Shown here piece after piece: positions 34,906-45,278 of a stretch of 64,000 nucleotides of DNA. Positions within the stretch are counted from its first letter, which is position 1. The number at the start of each line of letters is the position of its first letter. Origin of the DNA: a virus; IMG/VR virus record IMGVR_UViG_3300048834_000455, positions 1 to 64,000 of that record. One strand, given 5' to 3'. A program made the position numbers and the translations under genes. The notes beneath the pieces were generated by a model that was not told the DNA's origin, did no database searches, and was given only the letters and a program-made list of their open reading frames with translations.

Positions 34906-35159
34906 CCACCTGGTTCTTCATCCTCGACTGCTCCGACGACAGGTTCAAGGTGCTGTCTCGGCATCGCGCCAAGCACGTCGCCTTTGCCCGCCTCAAGAAG
35001 GGCCATCGCTGTCACGCCATATTCCGCCTGCAGAAGGGGCTCTACCACAAGATCTCCCGATGGGTGACGCCCTACGACCAACCCGGCTTCTTCAAGGAGG
35101 TCGACCTAGCCAGCGACCTTCACCGAGAGCTTCTAGCCAAAATGGAGACCCACCAATGA
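34902..35159 (+). CDS. Hypothetical protein
   Basis: ATGA coupling. Confidence 0.5.
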   Translation: MTTWFFILDCSDDRFKVLSRHRAKHVAFARLKKGHRCHAIFRLQKGLYHKISRWVTPYDQPGFFKEVDLASDLHRELLAKMETHQ

Positions 35160-35431
35160 CCGCATACATTCACGGCACCTACCTGGTCCGTTCCCCCGAC
35201 TACCACGGCGACGACGAGGGCTCGCCCGTCGAGGCCAGCTTCCCCGACGACGCGGCCGAGAAGTACGCCGCCGAGAACGACTGCGAGCACGACTACCGCT
35301 TCCAGGATGGCGACGGCATTGTGCTCGAGGTCACGCACCCCGACGGCAAGGTCAGCCACTGGCGCACTTGGGGCGAGCGGGACGTCGTCTACCGCTCCCT
35401 CGAGGTGGACGAGCAGGGGGCAAAGGTATGA
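35156..35431 (+). CDS. Acidic hypothetical protein
   Basis: GGAG RBS; VEASFPDDAAEKYA motif. Confidence 0.55.
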   Translation: MTAYIHGTYLVRSPDYHGDDEGSPVEASFPDDAAEKYAAENDCEHDYRFQDGDGIVLEVTHPDGKVSHWRTWGERDVVYRSLEVDEQGAKV

Positions 35432-35790
35432 CTGCCACCAAGTGGAACCCCCGATACGCCGCATACGCCCTCGCGAACAACCGCACGCCCGAGGAGCAGA
35501 AGGCTGCCGAGCCCGGCAACTGCGGCTACATCCTGTGGGTGACGAAGGCGCTGCGTGAGTACCGCGAGGAGAACGACCTCGAGGAGTGGGCGCCGCTGAG
35601 CAATGACGACGTGGACACCTGGCTGTGGATGCACGCCGAGGGCGAGCGCATCCTGGCGATGAGTGACGAGGAGATTCTCGCTGACTGCCGGGCACGAGGC
35701 GAGGACCCCGAGGTGGTCGCTGCCGAGACCAAGGCTATGCTGCTGGCCGCGCTTGATGCCGCCTGCGGGCCGACGGAGGCGACGGTATGA
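35428..35790 (+). CDS. Hypothetical protein
   Basis: WNPRYAAYA..RTPEEQ motif; ATGA coupling. Confidence 0.55.
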   Translation: MTATKWNPRYAAYALANNRTPEEQKAAEPGNCGYILWVTKALREYREENDLEEWAPLSNDDVDTWLWMHAEGERILAMSDEEILADCRARGEDPEVVAAETKAMLLAALDAACGPTEATV

Positions 35791-36356
35791 CCGCCGAGAC
35801 CTTCGCGCAAAACTTGCGAGCCGAGATGGGGCGGCTCTTCAAATCGCATTGCGATCTATATACCGCTCTCCCCACCGGTCTTAAGCGATCATCGGGTGAC
35901 TTCATAAACGGACGACGGCTCCCCACCCCCGCCGCAATCATCGCCCTCGCCACCGCCCTCGGCTGCCCCGTTGAGCGGCTAACCGTCTCGCGGGAGGAGT
36001 TGGAACGGCGCTGGTTGCGCGCGTCTCAGTCGCTCTATCGCGTGCGAGAGTACGCCGACGCGGCCCGAGGAGAGGGCGACACCGAGACCGCCGAGTACCT
36101 CCACATGCTCCTCGACGAAGAGAGGGTTCCAGACCTGTGGTGGTGGCAACACGCCGAGGACGAGGAGAAGCTCGACCGCCTTCAGGAGGAGTGCGACCAC
36201 CACGCCGCCCGAGCTTCGAAGCTGGACTGCGAGCGAACCGACCTCGAGTATCGCGTAGCCGAGCTTGAGCGTCGCCTAGCCAGCGCCGAAGCCGCTTGCG
36301 CCGATGTCTCGTGGGAGTGCCCTGGGTGCGCCGCTGCGAGAGAGGCCAAGCCATGA
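35787..36356 (+). CDS. XRE-like HTH plus coiled-coil protein
   Basis: FAQNLRAEM..FINGRRLPT..IALATALGCPVERL. Confidence 0.6.
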   Translation: MTAETFAQNLRAEMGRLFKSHCDLYTALPTGLKRSSGDFINGRRLPTPAAIIALATALGCPVERLTVSREELERRWLRASQSLYRVREYADAARGEGDTETAEYLHMLLDEERVPDLWWWQHAEDEEKLDRLQEECDHHAARASKLDCERTDLEYRVAELERRLASAEAACADVSWECPGCAAAREAKP

Positions 36357-37135
36357 GCATGGACTCCTTCGGTCAACCATACTACGACGCCGTCAAACGC
36401 CGCTTCCTCAAGGACGTTGAAGGGCACACCATCACACTGGCGATGGCCGACCCGTTGCCTTCCCGTTACATCGTGGTCCGCAACCCGAAGGAGAGCGGCT
36501 ACTGGTGGAAGATCGTCACCTACCCAGGCGGCCTGCTCATAACTGGGGACATGGGCACCTACTGCTTCGAGCGCGAGAACGACATGTTCGGCTGGTGGCC
36601 GGCGGACTACCGAGGTCACCCATCTTATTCCTACATCGCAGAGAAGTGCGTCGCCGCCGACAAGGGCGGGACTGGAGTCAAGCGCTTCAACGAGGCCAAA
36701 GCCAAGCACCTGATCGATGAGCTCGAGCGCGAGCATCGCGAGGAGTACGGGCCACAGGCGGCCGAGGACGAGGACGACGAGCCGATAGAGGATCGAACCA
36801 ACCCCGATTTCCTGCAAATGATCGTCTCCATTCGCGAGTGGTTCGACAGCGACGAATTCCATGAGAGCGACACCTTGTTCTATCAGGCCATCGAGAGAGC
36901 GAATCAGCGCCTCTGGAATGAGCGCACCGGCGAGAGCACCCGCGACTATGATCGATTCCACATCGACCTTTGCGAATTCGGCTCACCCAACGACTACAGC
37001 TTCCATTTCCTCTGGTGTGTTCACGCCGTGCGCTGGACCATCGACCGCTTAGCCGCGCAGCAAACCGAGAGCGAGGCGCGCGAACAGAGCCTGCTTCAAC
37101 TCCTAAACCAAACCGAAAGCGAGACACCATCATGA
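36353..37135 (+). CDS. Conserved phage protein
   Basis: YWWKIVTYPGGLLITGDMGTYCFER..DMF..YIAEK..FLWC motif set. Confidence 0.7.
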   Translation: MSMDSFGQPYYDAVKRRFLKDVEGHTITLAMADPLPSRYIVVRNPKESGYWWKIVTYPGGLLITGDMGTYCFERENDMFGWWPADYRGHPSYSYIAEKCVAADKGGTGVKRFNEAKAKHLIDELEREHREEYGPQAAEDEDDEPIEDRTNPDFLQMIVSIREWFDSDEFHESDTLFYQAIERANQRLWNERTGESTRDYDRFHIDLCEFGSPNDYSFHFLWCVHAVRWTIDRLAAQQTESEAREQSLLQLLNQTESETPS

Positions 37136-37425
37136 CCACAAATGACCGCACCATCGCCCGCGCCATCCACGGCGACACCAAGCCCGAGCTGCGCGACGTT
37201 ACCGCCGACTACGACGAGATGCGTGCCGCGTACAACAGCGCCAAGCTTGGCGAGGAGGCCTGCGAGAAGCTGCTCGACACGATGGCCGCGGTGGTCAAGG
37301 AGGATCACCCTCCCGCCGAGATGCTCTTGCGGCTCAAGGCTTGCCTGACGCACCATGACCGCGAAGTGCGCCCTTTGCTTCGTCGCGACATGGCCGCCAC
37401 TGCCGCCCCAGAGGTGCCAGCATGA
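37132..37425 (+). CDS. Hypothetical protein
   Basis: ATGA coupling. Confidence 0.5.
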   Translation: MTTNDRTIARAIHGDTKPELRDVTADYDEMRAAYNSAKLGEEACEKLLDTMAAVVKEDHPPAEMLLRLKACLTHHDREVRPLLRRDMAATAAPEVPA

Positions 37426-37649
37426 ACCTCACCACCTCGCACACCATCGTTCCCCTCGCAGACCACCCGAGCCGCAACGACGACACCGCGCAGATCGTGT
37501 GGACCGAGTTCGCTCGCCGCCTCCCGACCGTCTACGCCGTACGCGGTGGCTTCCTTCTCACGTGGGGCGGGAGCGCTGTGCTGGAGCTGTTCGCGACCGA
37601 GGGCGAGGCCGTCAGCGCGTGGCGTGGTATTGCCAAGGAGGCCTTATGA
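37422..37649 (+). CDS. Hypothetical protein
   Basis: GAGGT RBS. Confidence 0.5.
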   Translation: MNLTTSHTIVPLADHPSRNDDTAQIVWTEFARRLPTVYAVRGGFLLTWGGSAVLELFATEGEAVSAWRGIAKEAL

Positions 37650-38095
37650 CCGCTGAGCGCCTAGCCGAAATCCGCGAGGCCGCCGCTACCAAGGCGCCCG
37701 CTCACGCCGCTGACCACCGCCGCGAGCTGCTCGACCACGTGCGAGAGATGGAGTGCGCCCGCGACCTGGCCGTGCGCCGTTGCGAGGACTGGTTCGCGAT
37801 CGCGCAGACCCTCCGCGCCGAGGTCGACACCCTTCTCGTGCGCGTGCAGGCTGCCGAGGGGCGCCATCAGCAGAACGTGCAGATTCGCAAGATGTGGCTT
37901 GAGGAGCGGCGGAGGAAGGCTTCGCCCGAACTGCAGGATCGAGTGGAGGAGTTGGCCCGAGAGGTGCGCGACCTTCAGTGCGACTTGCGCAACGCGGAAG
38001 AGGACGCGCAGGAGGACCGCGACGAGGTCGACCGCCTTCGCAAGTTAGTCCCGTATGAGTGCCAATGGGCGACGCCTGGCGAGGTGCGGAGATGA
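37646..38095 (+). CDS. Coiled-coil hypothetical protein
   Basis: AAGGAGG RBS; MTAERLAEIRE start. Confidence 0.55.
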   Translation: MTAERLAEIREAAATKAPAHAADHRRELLDHVREMECARDLAVRRCEDWFAIAQTLRAEVDTLLVRVQAAEGRHQQNVQIRKMWLEERRRKASPELQDRVEELAREVRDLQCDLRNAEEDAQEDRDEVDRLRKLVPYECQWATPGEVRR

Positions 38096-38595
38096 GAGGC
38101 GATCACACCGTTCTTCGTGGCGCCATCAAGGACCACCGTGTCGCCTCTCTCGCCGACCTCAATGCTCGACCTTTGCGCAGGCTTGCCAAGCGCCGATGCC
38201 GTGGCGTCAAGCTTGGCAAGACCTGTCAGCGAGTGCTCGAGTTCATCGCCTCCTGCGCTTACAGCCCTTCGCTACGGGAGATTGGCGAGGCCGTTGGGCT
38301 CTCAAGCTCAAGCTCGGTGCAGGCCCACGTGAAGAATCTGGAGGCCTTGGGCTATCTAGAGCCGTCGGTACCCGGCAAGCCTCGATCCATCGTGCTGGCC
38401 AACCGCCCCGACTACCTCGGCCGAGCCCTAGCCCTCGCGCAAAGCCTCGCTTCGGAGACCGGCCGCGAAGATGCCACAACGCTGCTCGACATCCTCGAAA
38501 AGATGGCAGGGCTGGACCCACGTGATGGGACCGCCGAGAGCATCGCCGAAGCTTCCATGCCCCACAATTCACCGCAGAAAGAGAACCAGTCATGA
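38092..38595 (+). CDS. LexA-type DNA-binding domain protein
   Basis: QRVLEFI..YSPSLREIGEAVGLSSSSSVQAHVKNLEALGYL..PGKPRSI; no peptidase domain. Confidence 0.8.
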   Translation: MRGDHTVLRGAIKDHRVASLADLNARPLRRLAKRRCRGVKLGKTCQRVLEFIASCAYSPSLREIGEAVGLSSSSSVQAHVKNLEALGYLEPSVPGKPRSIVLANRPDYLGRALALAQSLASETGREDATTLLDILEKMAGLDPRDGTAESIAEASMPHNSPQKENQS

Positions 38596-38721
38596 CGATA
38601 CACTACCGCTGCAACCCTGACGGCACCTCGACCCCCACTGAGCCCTGCGACCTCACGCCCATTTGCTTCGGCGTCGCTAAGCTTGTCGCGGGTCTCGAGA
38701 GCGCGCTGCTGGAGGTGCGAG

Positions 38722-39219
38722 ATGCGTAACCTCCGCCTCTTCATCGCCGGAGCCAGTAGTCAGCGCCTGGCTGTGCGCGAGGTCATCGACGCCTGCACCG
38801 CCCTCGGCCACACCGTGACATACGACTGGACCCGGGCGCCAGAGTGGGAGCAAGACTTCCCGCTGACCCGCCTTCAGTCCATCGCCGCAGCCGAGGCCAA
38901 CATGGCTGGAGTGCGAGAGTGCTGGGCGCTCATCTGGGTCGTGGACCGCGACCACCCGAGCCACGGAGCACCGTTCGAGGCTGGCGTCGCTTGGGCGTCT
39001 GGCAAGCCTGTCGTCGCGCTTTGGTCGGGAGACCTCGCCGCTATGGACTACTGGATCTACGCGGCTGGAGCGATGGGCCATGCGGTTCACAACGTGCGCA
39101 GCGCCATCTATGTTCTCTCTGACCTCGTGCTGGGGTTCAGGCCTCCCGAATCTGACTTCGAGACCTTAGCCGAAGCCGACGTTCCCGGGCAGATTCTGCT
39201 CGCGGAGGTGGCGTTGTGA
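38722..39219 (+). CDS. Nucleoside 2-deoxyribosyltransferase-like protein
   Basis: [33 protein letters not shown]; GGAGGT RBS. Confidence 0.65.
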   Translation: MRNLRLFIAGASSQRLAVREVIDACTALGHTVTYDWTRAPEWEQDFPLTRLQSIAAAEANMAGVRECWALIWVVDRDHPSHGAPFEAGVAWASGKPVVALWSGDLAAMDYWIYAAGAMGHAVHNVRSAIYVLSDLVLGFRPPESDFETLAEADVPGQILLAEVAL

Positions 39220-39932
39220 GCACGGGTATCGAGTGGACCGACGAGACTTACAACCCGCTCAGCGGCTGCGACAAGATTAGCCCTGGCTGTGCTCATTGCT
39301 ACGCCGAAGTGATGGCCAAGCGCCTGCAGAGGATGGGCCAGCCTAACTACCGCGACGGCTTCAAGCTCACCTTCCACCCGCACATGCTCGACAGACCGCG
39401 CCGGTGGAAACGGCCGCGCATGATCTTCGTCAACAGCATGAGCGACCTGTTCCATGTCGGGGTCCCGTTGGAGTACATCCAGAGGGTCTTCACGGTCATG
39501 CGCGAGACGCCCCAGCACACCTACCAGGTGTTGACAAAGCGCGCTGATCGCCTCGCCTCTCTGGCGCCAGAGATCGACTGGCCGGCCAATGTTTGGCAAG
39601 GGGTCTCAGTCGAGAACCGCCGCTTCACTGACCGCATTGACCACCTTCGAACCGTGCCGGCCACCGTGCGCTTTCTATCGCTAGAGCCTCTACTGGGCCC
39701 GCTTCCGAACCTGAACCTCGAGGGCATCCACTGGGTGATCGTCGGTGGCGAGAGCGGCAACGGTGCGCGGCCGATGGAAGAGGCTTGGGTCCGCGACATC
39801 AAGGCGCAGTGTGACCGCGCGGGCGTGGCGTTCTTCTTCAAGCAGTGGGGAGGCACGAACAAGAAGGCCACCGGGCGCCTGCTCGACGGCCGCACGTGGG
39901 ACGCGATGCCACCAAGAGGGGTGCTCGCATGA
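39216..39932 (+). CDS. DUF5131 (phage Gp37/Gp68) radical-SAM-like protein
   Basis: [49 protein letters not shown] and FFFKQWGG motifs. Confidence 0.92.
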   Translation: MSTGIEWTDETYNPLSGCDKISPGCAHCYAEVMAKRLQRMGQPNYRDGFKLTFHPHMLDRPRRWKRPRMIFVNSMSDLFHVGVPLEYIQRVFTVMRETPQHTYQVLTKRADRLASLAPEIDWPANVWQGVSVENRRFTDRIDHLRTVPATVRFLSLEPLLGPLPNLNLEGIHWVIVGGESGNGARPMEEAWVRDIKAQCDRAGVAFFFKQWGGTNKKATGRLLDGRTWDAMPPRGVLA

Positions 39933-40693
39933 TCATCGATACCCCACCACCAACGGGCCTAATCCCCATCTCGTTTGACCAGCCCCGCGTTGAGCTCCAA
40001 GCGCCGCTGTCGAAGGCCAAGGGCAAAGCAGAGATGCTCGCGAGATGGCAGGCCGCTATCGACGCCGCAAGCCGTCACCCTGGCACGTTCACCGAGTTGG
40101 CCGACTACGCGCAGCACCAGCAGGCTATGCGCCTCTGCCGTGACTACCTCGCCGAGGCTATCACCCACGCCCGCAGCAAGTCCGCGAGTGTCGGCGGTGG
40201 CCCCCAAGCGGTCTCGACACCGCGACCGTTCTTCGAGTTCGTGCAGGCTCACCTCGGCGTATACTTCGGCATCGACCTCGCCGCGGTGGCCGAGAACGCC
40301 CTCTGCGCCGAGTACTTCGGGCCGTGCGCAGGGTCGCTTGCATGCGACGCCCTCACGCAGGACTGGGCCGCTGTCACCGGGCCGAGTCGCTGGGGCTGGC
40401 TAAACCCGCCCTTCTCGCACGTTCTGCCCTGGGTCCGCAAGGCCCGGCTCGAGTGCGCCAGAGGTGCGCGCCTGGTCATGTTGCTCAAGCTCGCGCCCGG
40501 CACCAAGTGGCACATCGAGGAGATTGACGGCCAGAACTGCAGCGTCTTCAAGATGAGAGGGCGCCTGAAGTTCCCTGGCTTCGACCACGGAGCCGCGTTC
40601 GACACGCAAGTGGTCATGTTTGACGGACTGCCCTTCCGTGAACGCACATGGGACTGGAGGCCTGCGATGAAGGCTGCGGGGTTCGAGGTATGA
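39929..40693 (+). CDS. Phage DNA N6-adenine methyltransferase (Dam-like)
   Basis: STP..FF..IDLAA..ENA, DALTQDW, WLNPPFS and GRLKF motifs. Confidence 0.85.
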   Translation: MIIDTPPPTGLIPISFDQPRVELQAPLSKAKGKAEMLARWQAAIDAASRHPGTFTELADYAQHQQAMRLCRDYLAEAITHARSKSASVGGGPQAVSTPRPFFEFVQAHLGVYFGIDLAAVAENALCAEYFGPCAGSLACDALTQDWAAVTGPSRWGWLNPPFSHVLPWVRKARLECARGARLVMLLKLAPGTKWHIEEIDGQNCSVFKMRGRLKFPGFDHGAAFDTQVVMFDGLPFRERTWDWRPAMKAAGFEV

Positions 40694-41364
40694 TCATCCT
40701 GCCTTACGCCAACGCCAGCTTCGCCACCGCTGAGCTAGACCCACCATGGGACGGCAAGGAGAAAGGCTGCCGTGGCTATGCCGGTGTCAAAGGCTACGAC
40801 GTGGATGCCGCCTCTCAGTACGAGAACGTGATGTCTCTCGCCGAGATCGAGGCCCTCGGCTTCGAGGCCATCCGCTGCTGCAAGCCGAGCTTCCACCTCT
40901 GGCTCTGGGTCACGGAGTTGTTCCTCGAAGAGGGGCTGCTGCTGCTCAAGCGGTGGGGCCTGCAGCGCAAGCGAACGCACGTGTGGGTCAAGACCACGAG
41001 GGGCATTTCGCGCACGCTGAAGGGGCTCGAAGGCTTCTCTCGCCAGCGCATAGCCGAAGCTTCGGAGGTCCTGGAGGCAGCCGGCTACTCTGGCAAGCCG
41101 TACTCGCGCACCGGTCACTGGGGCAAGATGGGTCACGAGTACCTCATCATGGCCACCAACGACGCTAGCATGCGCACCCTCAACGCGACCCGCGAGCCGA
41201 GCGTGTTCTTCGCGCCTGTACCCGATGGCAAGCACTCGGCCAAGCCGCCCGAGGCTTACGACCTTATCGCGCGCAACAGCCCTGGCCCTCGCTTGAGCTT
41301 GTTCCAGCGCACACACCGACCCGGCTTCGAGTGCTGGGGGAATCAACTGGAGGCGGTTTCGTGA
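40690..41364 (+). CDS. MT-A70-family methyltransferase
   Basis: LDPPW, HLWLWVT, VWVK, HSAKP and LSLFQR..WGNQ motifs. Confidence 0.85.
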   Translation: MIILPYANASFATAELDPPWDGKEKGCRGYAGVKGYDVDAASQYENVMSLAEIEALGFEAIRCCKPSFHLWLWVTELFLEEGLLLLKRWGLQRKRTHVWVKTTRGISRTLKGLEGFSRQRIAEASEVLEAAGYSGKPYSRTGHWGKMGHEYLIMATNDASMRTLNATREPSVFFAPVPDGKHSAKPPEAYDLIARNSPGPRLSLFQRTHRPGFECWGNQLEAVS

Positions 41365-41984
41365 GTTCACGTTATCAACAGGGTTGTCCACTGGCGTTAT
41401 CTACGGGCCCCTGCCGAACCCTGACCCTCACCCGAGAGCAGCGCGACCGCGAGAGTGCCGAGATGCTGGTTCGCGGCAACGTGCTCAGTCTCGTCGGCCG
41501 CACCGTGCCGAGAAGCGCTGGACACATGGTGGACTGCAAGTGTTGCGGCAAGACGTTCCGTGTAATCCACCACAAACAAGTCGTTTGCAGTGAGGCGTGT
41601 CGCAAACGATGGGACCGGGTGCGCAGCGGCAACCGACCAGGGCGAAGCACTCTCGGCCGGCCGTTCAAGGCGCTTGACCTCCGCGAAGTCCTCGCGTCTA
41701 CAAGCTACACCGTTCCCGAGGCTACGCAGTTCATCGCCACCGTTGACGCTCTTCGTGCTGCGTGCCTCGCACAGTACGGCGGAATCTATCCGTGCGAGAA
41801 GGCCCTCGGGTTACGCCGTGGCGCCATCGCTGCCCTGTGCCAGCCCGACCCCGGGCTGCAGCGCGTCAAGCAGCGGCGCCTCGAATCCCTCGCTGCTCGG
41901 ATCGGAGTTACCCACAGTATCCCCATGGCCTATTACGATAGGGACAATAGACTAAAAGATAATCAAGCGGAGGCGGCTTCATGA
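41361..41984 (+). CDS. Zn-ribbon DNA-binding protein
   Basis: CKCCGKTF..VVCSEAC motif. Confidence 0.5.
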   Translation: MSSRYQQGCPLALSTGPCRTLTLTREQRDRESAEMLVRGNVLSLVGRTVPRSAGHMVDCKCCGKTFRVIHHKQVVCSEACRKRWDRVRSGNRPGRSTLGRPFKALDLREVLASTSYTVPEATQFIATVDALRAACLAQYGGIYPCEKALGLRRGAIAALCQPDPGLQRVKQRRLESLAARIGVTHSIPMAYYDRDNRLKDNQAEAAS

Positions 41985-42051
41985 CTTCCGATTTGTTCAC
42001 AAGGATCCAGCTACTTACCCAGGGTAAAGACATACTGGTTGACGATCTTTT

Positions 42052-42840
42052 ATGAGCATCACTGACCGCATATGTCGGACGCTCGACGAGGAGTCCGCTC
42101 GGGCCCTCCTCCTTCACGAGGAGATTCCAGACTGGATAGACATCGAGCGCCGACCAGAAAAACCACGACCAGCACCGCGACCCGAAAAGAAAGCAGCAAC
42201 AATGGGAATCCCGCAACACGCACCGCAAAAAGAATCCCTCGATCTAGTCGGTCAAGCCATGGCCAAGATCGGACGAGGCGCCATTACCGAGGCGTCAGTT
42301 GCTACTGGCCTTGGGCGAAACACGGGCGGACTCCATCGTTGGCTGAAGACCGGTACCGGACTGTCGGCTCCGCGCGTGGCAAAGCTAATGGAGTGGGCCC
42401 AGGAGGTGTTGGACGCCGAGGACCCTGGCGCCGCTGTCCGCGAGAGGTGGGATGAGGCGCGGAAGAAGATGTCCACCGCAAAGAAACTCTCCCGCGCCGC
42501 CACCCCGCAAAGCTTCGCCGATGACCGCGCAGGCACCGAGAAGGCGAAGGCCGAGATCGAGGCGCCACCCGAAGCGGTCGACCACTTCGGTGGCAAGAGA
42601 GTGCTCTGCCCTGGCTGCCGAGGTTGGTTCGAGCCGGGTGACCGCTGCGCGTGCTTGGGTCCCGCCTCAACAGCCCTGGGTCAGCGGGCGATGATCGCCG
42701 CTACACCCTCACCCGCGCCCCCCGGTGACGCCGTCCTCGTCGAGCACCTGGAGCGCATGCTGGCCGACGAGATCGCGCGGCTGGCTCCGAACGCGGCGCC
42801 GAGGATTCGCGCGAGAGTGCTGCTGGAGGCGAGGGTATAA
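42052..42840 (+). CDS. Hypothetical protein (HTH-like plus CxxC)
   Basis: TAATG coupling to the MTase. Confidence 0.5.
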   Translation: MSITDRICRTLDEESARALLLHEEIPDWIDIERRPEKPRPAPRPEKKAATMGIPQHAPQKESLDLVGQAMAKIGRGAITEASVATGLGRNTGGLHRWLKTGTGLSAPRVAKLMEWAQEVLDAEDPGAAVRERWDEARKKMSTAKKLSRAATPQSFADDRAGTEKAKAEIEAPPEAVDHFGGKRVLCPGCRGWFEPGDRCACLGPASTALGQRAMIAATPSPAPPGDAVLVEHLERMLADEIARLAPNAAPRIRARVLLEARV

Positions 42841-44759
42841 TGGGCGCCACACTCAAGGCAAAACGTGACACCGAGGGCCAGGGCTGGCTATCCGAGGAGA
42901 GCACCGAATTCGCCGCTTGCGAAGCGCTAGTTGACAAGCTCAAGGCGCTAGAGTCCACCGAGGAGATGATCGTCGACCTCTTCGCCGGTGGAGGCGGAGC
43001 GTCACACGGCATCTTCATGGCCACCGGCAAGCACCCACACGCCGCTGTCAACCACGACCGAGAAGCCATCCTGATGCATAGCATCAATCACCCCGACACC
43101 GTCCACTATGTCTCCGATATCCGCGGCATCATCCCGTGGGAAGTGACGAAAGGCCGCCCCGTGGGCTTGCTCTGGGCCTCGCCCGATTGCAAACATTTTA
43201 GTAAGGCGAAAGGTGGGACGCCCGTCGAGAAGGAGATTCGCGACCTCGCTTGGGTCGTGCCAACGTGGGCCCAGACCGTTCGTCCCCGCGTCATCTGTTT
43301 GGAAAACGTCGAGGAGTTCATCACCTGGTGCCCGCTCGTCGAGAAGGTGGACAAGATCACCGGCCTGGTGGTCATCAATCCGCGAACCGGCAAGCCGATG
43401 ATGGAGCCCGACGCCTCCAAAAAGGGCGAGACGTTCACCGCATGGGTGGATGCCCTCAAGCGCTGCGGCTATGCCGTGGAGTGGAAGGAGCTTGTCGCGG
43501 CCAACTACGGCGTGCCCACCACGCGGAAGCGCCTCTTCGTTATCGCGAGGTGCGATGGCCTGCCTATCGTTTGGCCTGAGCCAACCCACAGCAAGGGAGG
43601 AGCAGGGGGCCTTTTGCCCTGGCGCAGCGCCGCCGAGTGCATCGACTGGAAGCTGCCTACGCGAAGCATATTCGGCCGGCCGCGTCCTCTTGCCCACGCC
43701 ACTATGGCCCGCATCGCCAAAGGCATCGAGCGCTTCGTTCTCAACAACCCGAGGCCGTTTCTCGTACCGTTGACCCACCAGGGAGCACCCCGGGTTTACG
43801 ACATAGACGACCCCTTCCGCACGGTCACGGCCGCCCATCGCGGAGAAGTCGCTATCGTGGAGCCGGTCATGGCGCCGACCACGAACGGTGTCGGCGGACG
43901 CGCTGGGCAAAGTAGACCGCGATCGGTCGAGGAGCCTGCCGCCACCATCACTTCGAAGGCCGATACGGTCCTAACGGTGACGCACATGGCGCCCTACGGT
44001 GTTCCCCGCTACGGTGAACGCGAGGGGCAGGAGCCGCGAACCAACGACATCCAGGAGCCGATGCCGACCGTCGTGACAACAGGCAACGGGTTCCAACTCT
44101 GCTCGGCTTTCATGGCGCAGCACAACGGCGGATTCAACACGACCCCCGGTCACCCGCTGGAAGCCCCCGTCTCAACCATTTGCCAGAGCGGGGCGAATCA
44201 GCAGCTCGTGACCTCGCATCTGATGATCCAGCGCAGAAACGCCTTTGGCCGGAGTATGGAGGAGCCATCGCCGACCAGTACGGCGCACACGAACCATCTT
44301 CACGCCGTGACCGGCCATCTGGAGGTGATGCGCAACAACGCGAACGGCCAGGACGTGCAGGAACCTGCACCTACCGTCTGCGCCCAGGGAACTCACCTGA
44401 GCGTCGTGCTGAGCTTCCTCACTAGCTTCTATGGCACGGGGCTCGGCCAGGACTGCCGCGCACCGCTGCGCACCGTGACCACCTGCGACCGCTTCGGGGT
44501 CGTGACCGCTCACGCCGCCGTCGAGATTGACGGCCAGACCTACGCTCTCTCGGATATCCACATGCGGATGCTGGCGCCGAGAGAACTCTACCTCGCTCAA
44601 GGGTTTCCGCCCGAGTACGTGATCGACCCGATACTCGACGGAAAACCCCTCACGAAGACCGCGCAGGTTCGAATGTGTGGCAACAGCGTTTGTCCCGGCC
44701 TGGCAGCCGCCATCGTCAGCGCCAACTACCAGCCGCTAGAGATGCAGGTAGCAGCATGA
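42840..44759 (+). CDS. C5-cytosine DNA methyltransferase with internal repeats
   Basis: DLFAGGGG, WASPDCKHFS, LENVEEF, RKRLF, AQGFP and CGNSV motifs. Confidence 0.93.
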   Translation: MGATLKAKRDTEGQGWLSEESTEFAACEALVDKLKALESTEEMIVDLFAGGGGASHGIFMATGKHPHAAVNHDREAILMHSINHPDTVHYVSDIRGIIPWEVTKGRPVGLLWASPDCKHFSKAKGGTPVEKEIRDLAWVVPTWAQTVRPRVICLENVEEFITWCPLVEKVDKITGLVVINPRTGKPMMEPDASKKGETFTAWVDALKRCGYAVEWKELVAANYGVPTTRKRLFVIARCDGLPIVWPEPTHSKGGAGGLLPWRSAAECIDWKLPTRSIFGRPRPLAHATMARIAKGIERFVLNNPRPFLVPLTHQGAPRVYDIDDPFRTVTAAHRGEVAIVEPVMAPTTNGVGGRAGQSRPRSVEEPAATITSKADTVLTVTHMAPYGVPRYGEREGQEPRTNDIQEPMPTVVTTGNGFQLCSAFMAQHNGGFNTTPGHPLEAPVSTICQSGANQQLVTSHLMIQRRNAFGRSMEEPSPTSTAHTNHLHAVTGHLEVMRNNANGQDVQEPAPTVCAQGTHLSVVLSFLTSFYGTGLGQDCRAPLRTVTTCDRFGVVTAHAAVEIDGQTYALSDIHMRMLAPRELYLAQGFPPEYVIDPILDGKPLTKTAQVRMCGNSVCPGLAAAIVSANYQPLEMQVAA

Positions 44760-44959
44760 GCCTAGACCCCGCCTTCCTCCGAGGCGTCCAGCGATACTGC
44801 GGCGCCTACAAGAATCCGAAGCGGCGCTACCCAACCAAGGCCGACGCACAGCGCTCCCTCGGCAAGCTCTACGCCACCGCCAAAAGGCAGCGCTCGCAGA
44901 TGCCGGAGCCATTCCACTGCGCTACATGCGGAGCGTGGCACAACGGGAGGCGACGGTGA
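44756..44959 (+). CDS. Small CxxCxxWH zinc-finger protein
   Basis: KRRYPTKADA..PFHCATCGAWHNG. Confidence 0.6.
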   Translation: MSLDPAFLRGVQRYCGAYKNPKRRYPTKADAQRSLGKLYATAKRQRSQMPEPFHCATCGAWHNGRRR

Positions 44960-45023
44960 GGGTGGGAGGAGCGAAAGTTAACATGAGATTCCCACCGTTT
45001 TCGACATGAGGTCCTCAAGACAA

Positions 45024-45278
45024 ATGGCGGCTACTGTAATACAATTAGGACCTAGGCAGGATAAGGATTTGAGCACGATACACACCATGCGCGTAATACG
45101 CAAAAACAAGGGCCTGAAGATGGTCCAACTGGCCGAGCTAACCGGCATCCATATCGCCGATCTTTCGAAGGTCGAGACTGGCGAGCGCCGGCCTTTCCCC
45201 GGGTGGCGCCGTCGCATCGCCGAGGCTCTTGAGACGCCCGAGGCGGAGCTGTTCCCAAGCGAGGCGGAGCAGCCATGA
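45024..45278 (+). CDS. XRE HTH protein
   Basis: RKNKGLKMVQLAELTGI..LSKVETGERRP..IAEAL. Confidence 0.8.
   Translation: MAATVIQLGPRQDKDLSTIHTMRVIRKNKGLKMVQLAELTGIHIADLSKVETGERRPFPGWRRRIAEALETPEAELFPSEAEQP

Noticed and set aside
43740-44520. Repeated P..T.T units inside the C5 methyltransferase as an intein or novel array
   Set aside because: Such repeats are common in the variable region of large phage C5 MTases, and no intein termini were seen.
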